This document shows positions 50,805 through 63,938 of a stretch of DNA of 64,000 nt, piece after piece. Both the position numbers and the translations under genes were made by a program. Under the pieces are notes generated by a model that ran no database searches, was not told the origin of the DNA, and worked only from the letters and a program-made list of their open reading frames with translations. Position 1 is the first letter of the stretch. Every line of letters starts with the position of its first letter. The stretch lies in the NCBI GenBank assembly GCA_001643675.2, contig LSRY02000020.1:372001-436000 (forward strand). Direction: 5' to 3'. The DNA comes from Monocercomonoides exilis PA203. Taxonomy: Eukaryota; Protista; Preaxostyla.

Positions 50805-51790
50805 ATAACACCAGAAATAATTCAAAGTCGAAAAACTTTCAATCAAAGTCGATAATTATTATTTAAAGTCAAAAAAGTTTCAAACGAAAAAGAAAATTAT
50901 TCAAAAAAAAATTCTAGTTTTAAAAAGTGTATTCAATAAAAAAAATGTCATTTTGTTTTTGTGATTATTATCAGCAATGTTTGTGTGTTGTTATTTTCTG
51001 ATATTTCAAAGATTTTGAACCAATTTATACTATAAAACAAGCTTTAAATAAAACAAAAAGATTAATTTCTTTACATTGGAAATGAGTTTTTTGTTGAAAA
51101 AATGCGAAATAAGAGAGCCAATATTTCAAACATCATTCCTTTTTGATTGTGAATAAGACAAATATACATTTGGGTGAATTTTTTTGAAAAGTTCCTTTTG
51201 TTTAATTTTCTAATAAAATAAAAATTTCATAATTTCATCAAATTACTGTTCCCACTCTCGAAATTTCTCTTTAATGGAAATAAAACCTAAACAATACTAT
51301 TATCACAATCACAGTGAATTTTCGTAAGTGGGAACAGAAATATGATAAAAATATGAAATTTAATTTTCATTTGAAATTTCAACAAAAGGAACTTTTCAAA
51401 AAAAATTAGCCATTTAAAGAAAAACTTTTGAAAAGCAGTGTTCTTTTAATTGAAATAAGATAAAAATTTTGTCAGAATTTCTCACAAATTTTTTTTTATT
51501 TTGTTATTGGATAAAAAAAACAAAGAAAAATATCTGAAAAAAAAAAAGAAATATTATTAAATATTACAAGGATCATTGATGTTTCAACTAAAACAATGTT
51601 TTTTAACTTTTATTGATTTTTGTCTACTTTTTGAAAAAATTTTTTTATCGAACTTTCGTCTTTGTTTGAAAGGTTTTCGATTTCGTTTGAAAATTTTTCG
51701 ACTTCGAATAATTATTTTTTAACTTTGATTGAAACTTTTTCGACTATGGTTGAAAGTTTTTCAACTTTAAATTATTATTTTTGGTATATT
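50805..51790. repeat. Diverged foldback element with ~21-bp subterminal tandem units, hosting a 240-bp MITE
   Basis: AAAGTCGAAAAACTTTCAATC-type units at 50824-50890 are inverted at 51680-51770. Confidence 0.65.
51172..51411. mobile_element. 240-bp MITE, AWWT family (ATTT TSD)
   Basis: ATTT|GGGTGAATTTTTTTGAAAAGTTCCTTTTG ... CAAAAGGAACTTTTCAAAAAAAATTAGCC|ATTT. Confidence 0.88.
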
Positions 51791-53158
51791 AATCTTAATG
51801 AAAAATTAATCATAATTCATTGATTAATCATGAATATTTGAAAAAATATATTGATATCTGAAAAGGTGATAAAAACGGATTTGGTTAAAAAAATTGTAGC
51901 ATCAGACACTTTGTTCTGTTTGCTTGCTTGAACATAAAAAATAACAAATACGCTTCAGAAAAATAAAATGATAACATAAAATAAATAAAATCATTTTGAT
52001 CCTGAATCAATGAATGTGTTAACCACAAAATGAAAATTTCAAACAAACTTTTAACGATATATTCATACAATTTCGATCGTTCTGATTTGTGACTTTCTCT
52101 TCTTTCAACGATGCTTCAATCTGTTGACATGAAGGTTATTTGTCTTTAATGTTATGGTTCATTGTCCCATTTAAAAATAGATATTTCAATAAGAAATAAC
52201 TTCAAAAACAATTTCAATTCTATCGTATCACTGTTTCAAAATTTTGAAGGGAAAGTCAATGCAGAAGAGAAATAATGTTAGCAAGAGAAGTATTTTATTT
52301 AATGACAAAGTGCTTATCAAATCGCTCATCACGATAACAAAAGAATTGAATTCATTTGGTTGAGATTGCATTTCGAATTGATTTCACCAAATGCAATTAC
52401 AAATTACTAACAAAATTTAAAGAAGAGAACATTTTTTAGTGTTTTTGTTTAAAAATTTGCAAGAAAAGGTTGTTCACAAAACTTTCTTTTTTTATTCATC
52501 TGCAAATTTAAGAATTAAAAATGATTGCAATGGAATACACCACAATAAAATTTAAGAAAATATCAATAATTTAATATCCTGAAATAGATGAGCAAGATTG
52601 TTCATTAATTGTTTGAAACATATTACCGATATTATCAAAAACTCTGTTACTACTAACTTGCAAAAACAGGACAAGGAAGAGTTCTCAATTTTTGAAATAT
52701 CTGATCAAAAAATCCATTGAATACGAATGGATAAAAATTTTCAAATCAAATTTAACTGGATTTAAGAAAGAAAAGAAAAAAAATGGAATTTTTATTGTTT
52801 ATTGAGCGTTGAAGGATATGAAATATCTTGAAAGTCGTTGGAGTAGCTCTGAAGATGAAAATCACGGATATGAACGAGTTATTTTTTCATTCAAATGAAA
52901 AAAATCAACGAATGATTCTTTATAGAGTCAACAAAGGATTTTGAGAAACTGTTAAAGGTGTGGTGGAAGTTCATTGTGAATTTGACTTTGAATGATTCGA
53001 ATCAACAATTATTGATCATTAATACGTATGAAATCAATCATGGCACTTATTTCAAAGAGTGAGATGTCATTCAAATATTGGAAAATTCTTTAGAACAGAA
53101 ACAGCTATCAGTTCCATATCTTTTTTTGGATAGACGAAAGTTGGATGGAGTTTTATTT

Positions 53159-53398
53159 GTGTAATTTTTTTTAAAAAGTCGCAAACGTTTTATTTTCAAA
53201 TAAATCAAAAATTTCATAATTAGCTCAAATTTCTGTTTCCACTCACTAATTTTTTTCTGAATGTGTGAAATAGCATTATCCAGAAATAGATTCCATATTA
53301 GGGAGTTTTGTTGCATTTTAACAAAATTTTGAGCAAAATATGGAATTTTTGATTTATTTGATAATTAAACATTTGCGACTTTTCAAAAAGAATTACCC
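53159..53398. mobile_element. 240-bp MITE, AWWT family
   Basis: ~70-bp TIRs. Right end TTTGCGACTTTTCAAAAAGAATTACCC|ATAT is nearly identical to the 36407 end. Left flank is ATTT (3/4 match). Confidence 0.82.
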
Positions 53399-55294
53399 AT
53401 ATGGAAAAAGCGTTATTTTGGAAATTGATTCAGTTATGAATTGTTTGGACATCAAACAAAATAATTGAAAATGAATTGGTTTGATTGTAACCATTCAAAG
53501 TTTATTTATTTGAAAATCATTTTTTTGGAGGATTTCAACAAATCTTCGTGAAAAATCAACTTATCGAACATGAAGGAACAAAACACATAAGCATTCTTAT
53601 TCAAGCTGCAGATCGGATGGAGAAGATAAATGATTGTGGATAAGAGATTAAATGTTGTTTTTCTGTAGCACAACTGATTATTTCAACAAACGCTGAAGCT
53701 ATCTTGTTGTTTTTCATCATCGAGATAGGGGATAAAAAGAAATCACGAAATAGTTCTATGGAGAAAAGATGGAATAAGGACAAGATGAAACAACAGGTTT
53801 AATTTTTTCGAATGGGACAGTGTTGAGGTGATTGAGGGTTGCTTGAATAATATTATGTATTGTGATGGATAGAAAGTGGATGAAGCTGGATTGACGATCA
53901 TTGACTCAAATATATCAAAAAGCTCTCTTGCATTACACATGTTAAAAAAATAAAAAAGAGTTTCATTCAACAGAAAAGATTATCTCAATAGCAATTATGA
54001 TAAAAAGAAATTTGGAGAAAGATCATCACTTATTAATGGAAAGCAGATAGAGCGATGAAGATAATAAATAGTTGAGTTAAGATCATATGTGTTATTGATA
54101 AAGTGATGCTTTTTTGTACCAATAAGGAAAGGCAGACCTTTTTCACTTTATTTTTCTTAACAAACTGAAATTATCAAACAAAATGTTCAATTTCAATGAA
54201 AGTCTCCGATCATGTTTTTGTTATTAATGTCAGCAGAAAGAAATAAAAAATTAAAAACAATCATATTTATTGAAATGAAGAATGCTGAAAACAGTCACTT
54301 TTTGAAAATATTGCTAAAAGAAACACAAAATATTCAAAAATAACATTATTTGAATTGAAAAATTAGAAATTCAGTAATTTTTCACTTTTTTTTCGACTTA
54401 ATGATCGAACATCAAAACATATATTTTCGCTTTCGTCAATTAACAAAATGAAATTAACAGCTTCATGTGATTTAGGTAATAATAATGAAATATTTGGATC
54501 GTTGAGTTAAACGAGTATCATTATTAATAACAGCTTCCACTTATTCCAATGAAACCAACATTCAATTTTCCTATGTAGGATAAACTCAAAAAATTGTTTT
54601 TTGTTATAAAATGATATTTTGAATTTCATCACCTGTTCAATTAATTTTTTGAAGAAAATACACCCAAATGAAAATGTGAAATTATAAAAACCGAAAAATT
54701 TGCATAACAGAATAAGAATCGAGCAGTTTGAAATGTTTTATTGTGATGTGAATAATGTTTTTTAAATAATGAACCCATGTGCTCAAGTTTCGTATTTTGT
54801 GCGGGTTTTTTCCCTGACTGTGAGAAGCAAGCTGTTTCATTTCTGTTTGTCTCATAAGTTCATTATCTTTTGAGGGAATAATTGGGTTAATTGTCAAAAT
54901 GCAACAATCAAAGGTTGTTGAGATTATGCAACTTTGCAAAGTTATTGAATGTGTCCACCATTATTAACACTAACTATATCCATTTTTTGAACAGAATTAA
55001 ATTATTTGTTTAACAATGAAAAGGAGTTATATTTGCTTGAATAATCAAGATATTGCTGCATTATGTATTGTTCATGGCATATTTTTATTCTTATAAAAAA
55101 ATTGACAATAACACTGAGTATTATTTAAGTTTTAATTTTATCAGAATTTTTCAATGCTCAGAATTTATATCAACTTTCATAAAAGCAAATGCAGCTTGAA
55201 CAAGTTTGAGTGAACTAAAAATTAATCAAATATTGATGGTTTGCAATTTGTTTTTCTTTATGTTTAATTAATTTTTGTGATTTTTTTTACAGCT

Positions 55295-55430
55295 TGACAA
55301 ATTTGTTGCAAATTTCAGAGCTCCTATTGTGAAGAAGATAGTAACGTGGTGCTGCACAACAGATTCGTTTGTGGGAGAAGAGGATATGCTGCTGAGGATT
55401 GTGAAATGCCAGAGAGAAACGATATTTGTT
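55295..55430 (+). pseudogene. ~135-bp surface-protein gene fragment (cargo), homolog of 13481-13619
   Basis: FRAPIVKKIVTWCCTTDSFVGEEDMLLRIVKCQRETIFV versus FRAPFVKELAIWGCATDSFIGEEDLLLRVVKYQSETIFV. Confidence 0.85.
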
Positions 55431-55749
55431 TTAACAATTACAGACAATCACGAGTATAACAAGAAAGGCTGAGGATATAAAGCGTCTTGTGGATAGCACA
55501 GTGAAGGGATTCAACACAAAATTTATGCATATTTTTCTCGGATGCTGATCTGAAAGGAAGCTGTGATTGTGGGGGAATGAGTTGCAAAGAACAAGATAAT
55601 TTGCTCATTGCAATATCTTTTAGCTGTTCATGCTTATCTGAAGACAGCAATTGCTAGCAATGATGAAAATCTAATAATAACCTCAGAAAAAGTTCGGATT
55701 TGGAGCGTTTTGTTATCCTTTGAACAGAAATTTATGCATTCGTGCTGTG

Positions 55750-58700
55750 ATGATATGCACATCCTAATGGACCACTCTTATTCTTCTTTCATGTTTGCAT
55801 CGTCCACCTTTTGACCAGTCGGCTTATCAAACTCTTTTCCAGCTAAAAGTCGTTTTCTTCTCATGTCTTTTCCATTCACCATCGTGAACTGTCTCTTGAC
55901 TGTCAGCAACTCTTCATGACTATTCTTCGAGTTCACTCAGTCACAGACCATTTCGAATTCTCAAACATAATCCTCTGCATATCCAGCTGTTTGCTTGCTC
56001 ATCGAGTTCTATCAGTGCAGAAGCTTCACATTTTAATTCCCTGACGAACGAATACCTTTATCTTTCCATTTTCATGAAATCATTTAAACTCCGTGTCACA
56101 GCTTCAGGAGATTATACACAATCAGGCTCGACTTTTCTCTATTGCCAACTGTGCACGCCAAAATCTCCTTCTTCTCATTTGTTAATAATTTGTTACGCAG
56201 ACCTCTTTTCCTCTTCTTCCTCTTCTCCTGCTCTGTTTGATCCCCACAAGTTCAAATAGCATCTGAACTCCTCTGTTCAATTATGGCTTCCCTTTCTCCA
56301 TCCTCCTCAGCTTCATCAATTCCTGCGTTCTGCCTTCTTCCACAATTTCCTCGTTCGTCATTTCCAGCTTGTTTGCTTTATTCTTTTGCGCTTAAGCAAG
56401 TCTGCTGGTTAAAGTAAAGAAATGGATAACTTCGCCTGAAACATCACAAAGCGAGGGAGCAGCGCGTTCGGCTTCTGCATGTGGAATGTGATTCTGCATG
56501 TAGGATAAGACATAAAAAACTCCATGCACACATAACCTGTTTTGCTGTGATTAGCTCCTCCATCTGCACTTTCTCTTTTTCCACTAACAAACTCTCCTTC
56601 TCCTTCTCCTTCTCCTTCTCCTTCTCCTTCTCCTTATTCTTCTCCTTCACAAGTTTTATAGCTGCTTTATTCTAACTACAAATTATCGAACTTCCTCTTC
56701 CTCTGCTTGTCTCAATCGCATGCTCCAAACAATCTGAAATAGAACAAATGTCTATTAGCTTTTATGCAAAAACTCTAGGTACTCCAAACGCAAATTAATA
56801 TGCGAATCCAATCGCATATGCATACACAAAAGAAATATACTTCTCACACTCGCACACATCTCTTCCAACCTTTTTTGCAACACTCCCAAACAGATACCGC
56901 ATCTGATCCAGAAGTGAAAGTTTCTTCTCAATCAGCGCAGGAAGAGAAAATATCACTCGATGAAATTGGTTATCTCTTTATTCTTTCGAATGCCCCACCT
57001 GCTGGAACTTCGAAACTTATGCCGCGTCTTTCTCATAGTCGCAACAAGCAGAAAAAGCTGACGCTGAAACAGAAGACGAAGAAAAAGAAAAAGCAAAGTC
57101 ATTATGCACGTTCTCTTTTGCTTTCCTTAACCACATCGGAGCAACCATTGGAGCAATCGCTGATAAAGTGTGGGCAGTTGGAAAAGGCCAACGAAGTATC
57201 GCAACTTCATTGATTGAACTTCGCATATCATTATACCACCATCTCTGAATAAACTCCTCTTCTACACTGAGCTTTTTGTCTGGAGCTTTGAACGAAACCA
57301 GACACTTCGCTTTCTTTTTCTTTGCCTCTCTTCCCTCGCTAATCCCAATTTTCTGCGTTTCAGTATCAAAATCTCCTCAAACACATTCCCACATACATGT
57401 TCTCACGTAACCGATGCATAGTTACTCAGAATCTCCTTCTTGTTGCATCCTTTTGCTCCTTCTCTGCTCTGCAGTTTCTCCTCAATTTCCTTAATTGTTT
57501 TCTTCATCTCCTTCTTCCAGTCATCCGTGTGCGGTCCCAATAAAACGATTCAAATACAAAACACTGCTTTCAAAGGTGCAAAAATATGTGTGTGTTGGAA
57601 TAGCGGATTAACTCTTCCTGTTCGATATGGATGCCATAGCCCAACAATTACTCCTCTTCTCTCTTGTGCTCGAAAAACACAAAGAGCACATTGAACTTGT
57701 GTTTTGCAGCTTCCATAACTTCCTAATTCATATTTTCACCATTCCTTGCCCAATGCGGTAACAAGATCTTCAAAAACTCCAGAGCCAGATTCTTCTTCGG
57801 TGTTGAGCGTTTGCTGTTTCTCTTCCATTTCAGCCACTCCGTATACTAACTTCTCGGAAACTGTTCGTTTAGCTCGTCCTGCACTATCATAGCCTACCCA
57901 TCAGCTATCCAACTCCACATCATCCACAGGCTCTCCTTTCGGATCAATGAACAGATTGTCATCCAACATCAGTACAAAACAACCACAAACATTCTGCTTA
58001 TCTGAATAAATTCTTTCTTTTCTTCTCCCTCTTCCTCCTCTTATTATTATCACTTCTCAAAAATCAAACAATTTATCCCCCCAACTTCTTTATTGAATTT
58101 GTCTTTTTCCTCAATTATAAATAATCCATTCGCTGATATTTACAACATCTTCACAACAACAATCATTTCAACAATTTTTTTCATCGAAAAAATACACGAA
58201 CACACATCTGCTTCTCCTAATGCTTTATTCTTTTTTCTCGCGTATTCCAAAGTGACATATCAGGCACGCAAAGCGAGTGAAGAGCACATCATCTGTGATA
58301 GGCATCACTCTGAGGAAATCGCTGTCAATATCCTTACCTTTGCAAACTTTAGCCCACTCAGCCCAAGCGCCTCCACAACCATCGGAGTCATCGCTTCTTC
58401 CAGCATCACCTGAATCTCTTCAATTCTCTCTACATGCTCTCTGTGCGCTGTCGGATACCCGCCTTTCTCCTCATTCCCATCACCTCCATCTCTCCCTTCA
58501 TCTTCTTCTCACTTTTTGTGTCCCTTTTCTCCTTCCTCTGCCTCTTCTCGCTCCTCCAGCACCGCCAGCGCACTCGCTGCTGGTGGCAGAACCACATCCT
58601 CCATCCTTAGCACAACCACCTACAGCCCCTTCTCCACAATCTCCCCCACTTCGCACACGACAAACCTTCCGCATGTCACTTCATCATCCAGCTTCACCAC

Positions 58701-59300
58701 CAAATATATTAACTGAGACGATCACCATATCTGCAGTGAAGTGTCAAACAGATCGTAGATCGACGGGAACGCTTTCACATCTGCTGCTGCAAAGATCCGC
58801 TTGCTCCCCGACTTCGTGCCCACCTACTCTGCAAGCGACGGAAGCAGGTCCACCAGCGGAACTGAAAGCATCGCCGAAGGCGCCACATCGTACGCACACG
58901 CGACACCCCCATCCAATGCAACCAGCTATGTCACGCCACAACATATCCCTTGAAACTTTTGTTGCTCCCTCAGTTACGACTTCTTGTGATTTTCAAGCAC
59001 TTCAGCCGCCTCTCGATGTAGTCCATCGCTCCAGCCGAATTGTTTGAAACTGCCACCGCGGAGGTCTCCGAAGAGTCAATTGCAGGAGCTGATAGTGATG
59101 ATGAAGATAACAATGGTTAATCAACTCCGACTGCCTTCTTCTTTGCGCTTTTTCACATCCCAAACGGAGAATATAACCTACATGCTGTTCAAGTTGAAGA
59201 TGGAGAAGAAGACAAAAGCGCTAAGAGAAAAGACGACTGCTGCGCTGCACCAGTCACAAGAAGCTTCATTTGACATCTCTAACCACGTTAACAGGCAGCT
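55750..59300 (-). pseudogene. Decayed unidentified gene fragment(s) (cargo)
   Basis: Coding-like minus strand with many stops; 57776-59170 is homologous to 34390-35780. Confidence 0.55.
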
Positions 59301-59597
59301 TCACTGGTGATGAATATACAACATTCACATTCTTATCAGAATGGCCAACTTGCTGAGAAAACCATATTTTTTCGTGCAATTTGAAAAGAATAAAGCATAA
59401 CACACTTCGATAATGCGTTCACACAAAATGAAAGGGAGAAAAAAAAAGCACATTTCGAGATGAAAACAAGTTGTTTGATGCAATCTTTTTAAATCTTTAT
59501 AAGAGAAAAAATTGCTTTTTGGAGTTAGTGACAAATGGAGATTTATTTTGAAAAATAATGTTTCATTCAGCAAATTTCTTGAATTTTGTTAATAATT

Positions 59598-59854
59598 GGG
59601 TGATAATTTTTGAAATCATATTTTTTCATACAAAAATTTCGGTGCAAAAATAATACAAGAATACAAATAAAAAAAAATTGAAAAGTGAAAACATTTTTTG
59701 AATACATTTTAATCTTTGATTCGGTAAAGCCATTTGTTCTCAAAAACAAATATCAAGCTTTTTCTCTTTTGAATGAAAATTTTCTTTCAAAAAACGATCA
59801 GTCTTTGAAAAATCAACACCCCGAAAAAAGATTTGATTTCAAAAATAATCACCC
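59598..59854. mobile_element. 257-bp MITE, AWWT family (AATT TSD)
   Basis: AATT|GGGTGATAATTTTTGAAATCA ... TGATTTCAAAAATAATCACCC|AATT. The empty site AATAATTGCT is at the homologous position 35939-35948. Confidence 0.9.
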
Positions 59855-60547
59855 AATTGCTTTTTGAAAACTTCATTTTGAATATTTTTCGAACACAATG
59901 AGTGTTGTTTTGACGAATTTTTCATGATTGACAATTTCTTATAAAAAAACAAGAATTCAAACAAATCAATTTTATACATCTTTCAACAAAAGAAAAATAA
60001 AAAGCTTTGCAGACATCCTAAAATTTTGAATGAATATTCTAACAGGTGAAATGAAATTCTTGAAATCATAACTAATTTTTCATTTGATTCAAATAGCTCG
60101 AAAGCAGAAGCTAACAAAAGTATATTCTATTTCATTATTAACGTTCTGTATGTTATCATCAGATTCTTAAAACACTTCTCAATAATTAGCTCAGAAAACA
60201 ACAATATTAAAACTCAATAAAACAATAATGGGAATGGAATGATCAACTCTTTTTGATCATATGTGATCTTTTGTGGGACAGAATTAAACTCGAGAAACTA
60301 TTCAAAAAAATTAAACCATATCTTTCAGTGGAATTCTTTGGAATTCATTATTATAAGTATCTGCGTCACATTTCTTCTGACGTGAACATTTTTGAGGTGA
60401 CGTGACATGATTGAAAAATGACATTCACTCATATAAAAAACATATTAAAAAAACAAGAAATGCAAAGAAAACCTGATATTCTTTTGTAAGCCTAAGTGAC
60501 GCGAAGAGAAAATTTTGTCACGTCCGTCGCCAAATTTCCACTTCATG

Positions 60548-60579
<32 letters not shown>

Positions 60580-60597
60580 AAAAAAAAAAAAAAAAAA
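60548..60597. repeat. Poly(A) tract (~50 nt, one T)
   Basis: Directly visible. Confidence 0.9.
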
Positions 60598-62010
60598 TTA
60601 ATTATTATGAAAAGCAATAGTTTTATGAAATATGTGAAAAAGGATAAATTTAACATGTTTTTGAAAGTTGTCATTTGATCAATATGTCCCACAATAATGA
60701 GATTGTTTCAAACAAATTAAATCATTCTTTTGTATTATTCAAAAATAAGACACAAAATCTCGATGGAATGAATGAACAATGGTATGATCATGAAGTTTTT
60801 TTGATTGCATTGTTTCAAAACATATCTTTCAACTTTTTTGTTCAATAAAATAAATAACAGCTGAGTTATCTTCCATTTGTTATGAAATCGTGAAAACTCG
60901 GAAATTGAGCACCACATGATAATGTTGTTGTGTGAAGTTGTAGATACTATTGGTTTTTTGTTCATTGCAATTGATTTTTTCAATTTTATCGTAGAAATGC
61001 TTTTTGAACTGGAAGATTGCGACGAGGAAGATCATAAACAGAAAATCGAAAAATGAATGAAACAATTGCAAAATGAATAAAAAAGAATAGAAATCAATAT
61101 GGGTTATTATTTTTCATATCGTAACTTTGTTCGAAGAAAGATCTTTTTTTTCATAATTGTGGTATGAGCAATTAAAAGCTCAAATATGTGTTAATAAGTG
61201 AAATGTGAATGAAGTGTGAAGGAATTATTGAAAAATAAGTGAAATTGAGAAAATCTTGAAAATACCATTATAACATTTAATTTTTTAGTTTTTATTTATA
61301 TCAAAATTATGTTGCATAACATCTCCCTTCAAGCTCAGTTATTGAATATTTTTGATTAATATTTGAGTATGATTTAATGATTTAACTTTTTTACATGATT
61401 TGTATGAACTATCATCAAAAAATGAATGAATGATTGATTTATATAATTTTTAGTGAAATTATGAGGTTTATAAATTTATGTATTGTTATTTAAAACTTTA
61501 TTAATGTTATGGAAGAACATTTTATTTAGGACGAATCGAGAGGTTAAAGAGAAGCAATGAAACTTGAAAAGGGATTAAAAACGAAAATGATGTTAATGGA
61601 CTTTCTGATGGAAGTGACATAATTCCAAAGAAGAATGTGAATAAAGGAAAAAAATTGTGATTTATATTATCTATTTGATGTTTGCCTCATTATTTTTTAT
61701 TTATTTATTTATTTGGTTGTTGATTTATATGTTGATTTGTATGTTGATTTGTATGTTTGTTTGTTTTGTTTGCATTATGCAAGAAATGGGAGGAGGAATT
61801 GGGAGGCTGAAATGGAGGTTGGTGTGGTTGCAAGATTTTTGATTGCAGGGCAGTGGCAAGAAAGAGATGTTGATGAAGAAGGAAAGTTGAATGAGAAATG
61901 GAGAAGGTGGCAAAGTTGAATTAAATTCCTGTTTAAATGATGAATTCGCCAACAGATTCTGTGAGGCGTTGTAGCGGCAAGAAGAGGAGAGAAGAGGGAA
62001 AAGGAGGAAT

Positions 62011-63938
62011 GTGTTGTGTGAGAGAGCGATGGAAAGGAGGAGCTTTGGAAGGATGGTTGCAAAGGAATGGAGGAGCTGTGAAGCATGCGGACTTAATTCC
62101 GAAGAGACAAAACAGGCGATGCTACCACGTTCGTTGATGCCTTTATCTTCATCGCCATCGTATTATTCTTCTTCTCTTTCTTCCTCTTCTTCCTTCTTTT
62201 TCTTCCTCTTCTTCCTCTTCTTCCTCTTCTTTCTCTTCTTTCTCTTCCTCTTCCTCTTCATTGCCTCCCGATCCCCGCACCACCCAAAGCACTCCTTCCT
62301 ATTCCCCCGTTGCATCCCCTTCTGCTCCTCCTGTCAAAAAGCGCCTTCTCATCCTCGACCTCCGCCCGAAACTGAACGCCGTAGGCCAGTCATTCATCTC
62401 TGGTGGTTACGAATCCGAGTCCAACTATCTCTTTGCGGAGTGCCGAAACTTTGCAATCCCCAACCTCCATTCCATGCGCACGTGCATGTGCTCTATGCGT
62501 GCTGCGTGTGTGGCGTGGGCACAACGCGAGATCGATGCCGAGGTCTTCTATGCTCTGTTACAGCTATCACGCTGGCTGGAGAACATTCAGGTGCTCCTTC
62601 TTTCTGCACTCGAACTCGCACAAGCAGTTCAAGGCGGGTGGAATGTGCTTGCTCACTGCGCTGATGGCTGGGACAGGACACTCACCATCACTTCACTCGC
62701 ATTCTTGCTGCTGGATCCATTCTCCAGGACGATTGCTGGCTTTTCGACGCTTGTGAAGAAGGAGCGGATGCACTTTGGGTATCAGTTTGTGACGAGGTAC
62801 GGAAACAGGCAGAGATGGTAGCCGATAGGAGAATGAAGAAGTTATTATGTGTACAAGCACACTTCCAACGGAAGAGCTGGAGGAGGCAGAACAGGAGAGC
62901 ATTGCAACAACGGAAGTGGTAATACTGCTGATGGTGGTGGTGGTAGTGGTGGTGGCGGAGGATTGAAGGGAAATACAAGTAAAATTATGTAGCATGGCTC
63001 TGCTTTACCGTCTTCCGCACATCCAGTATCTTTCACGCCTGCCTTTCCTGCTTCTCAAATCTCTTCTTTTTCTTCTTCTTTTTCTTCTGCATTTGACAAA
63101 CCGCATTCTTCGTTAACTTCATCATTTCCTTCTCCAACCACTTCTTCTTCTCCAATCTTTTCTCCAAATGCTTCTCATTTTTCTCTGCAAGCCTCTTCTC
63201 CTTCAGCCATTTCTTCTTTTTCTTCTGCTTCTTCTGCTTCTTCTTCTGTTTCTTCTTCTGATGCAGCTAGTGTCAAATCAGCAGAGCACAAGTTATTCAG
63301 AAAGAGGGCAATTTAGCCGCCTGCAAGATGCTTCTGTCCCATCTGTTGAACCTCGCTCGCTTCCTCTCTCTCCTTCCTCCACCTCTTCCACTTCTTCTCT
63401 TCACTCCTCCTCGGCTCATTATCAGTCTGGTCTTTCCTCTCCTTCACAGTCTCCTTCTCCTTCTCCTTCTCCTTCTCCTGTTTCTTCCACTCCTTCCTCT
63501 TCACATCTCTTCGCATGCTCTCTTTCCAGCACTTCTCCTTATGTCACTCCCACTCAGTTCGCTGTCCGTCTCTCGACACCTCCAACAAGCTCTTCGTTCT
63601 CTTCCTGTTTGTCCAGCAATGAATTGTCTGCTTCAACACATCCTTTAACAATGTCATCGCATTATCCTCCGCGGAATACTCAAGCTGAGCCTGTTTCTTT
63701 CTCTTTGTCCTTCGCTTCTTCTTTTGCTCCATCTTCAACACCTTCTTTTTCTTCTTCTTTAATGTCAGCTTCAATTCAGGTTCAATCTCAGTCTCAGTCT
63801 CAGTCTCAATCTCATATTTCTTCAACAGATACAACTTCTCTTTCTTCTTTTCAATTGCATCCTTTTTCTGAAGCACTGAATGCAGTTTCTCCTCAACAGT
63901 TACCGAAAACACCTGAACATTCACAGCTTTTCAATTAA
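62011..63938 (+). pseudogene. Myotubularin-family phosphoinositide phosphatase fragment with long S-rich extensions, disrupted
   Basis: ILDLRPKLNA, GGYESE.NY, IPNLHSMR, SRWLENI, VLAHCADGWDRT (62654-62680), LLLDPFSRTIAGF and FGYQF..R.G. In-frame stops start at 62819, and the N-terminal part of the domain is not seen. Confidence 0.85.

Larger units (their letters stand above)
54884..60317. mobile_element. Second GGG-family pack element (~5.4 kb) carrying gene fragments
   Basis: The right ~600 bp are homologous to 35800-36407. Left AATT|GGGTTAATT has ACCATTATT 73 bp in, as at 30037. Flanks AATT and ATAT do not match, so pairing of the two ends is uncertain. Confidence 0.6.

Noticed and set aside
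50820-51790. CRISPR-like array
   Set aside because: Units are degenerate, abutting and mirrored, with no unique spacers and no cas genes.
60548-60597. Poly(A) tract as a retrotransposon tail
   Set aside because: No flanking TSD, reverse transcriptase or SINE-like head was recognised.
61097-61125. ATAT|GGGTTATTATTTTT as the left end of a third pack element holding the myotubularin fragment
   Set aside because: Only weak TIR similarity, no ACCATTATT landmark at +73, and no partner end in the window.
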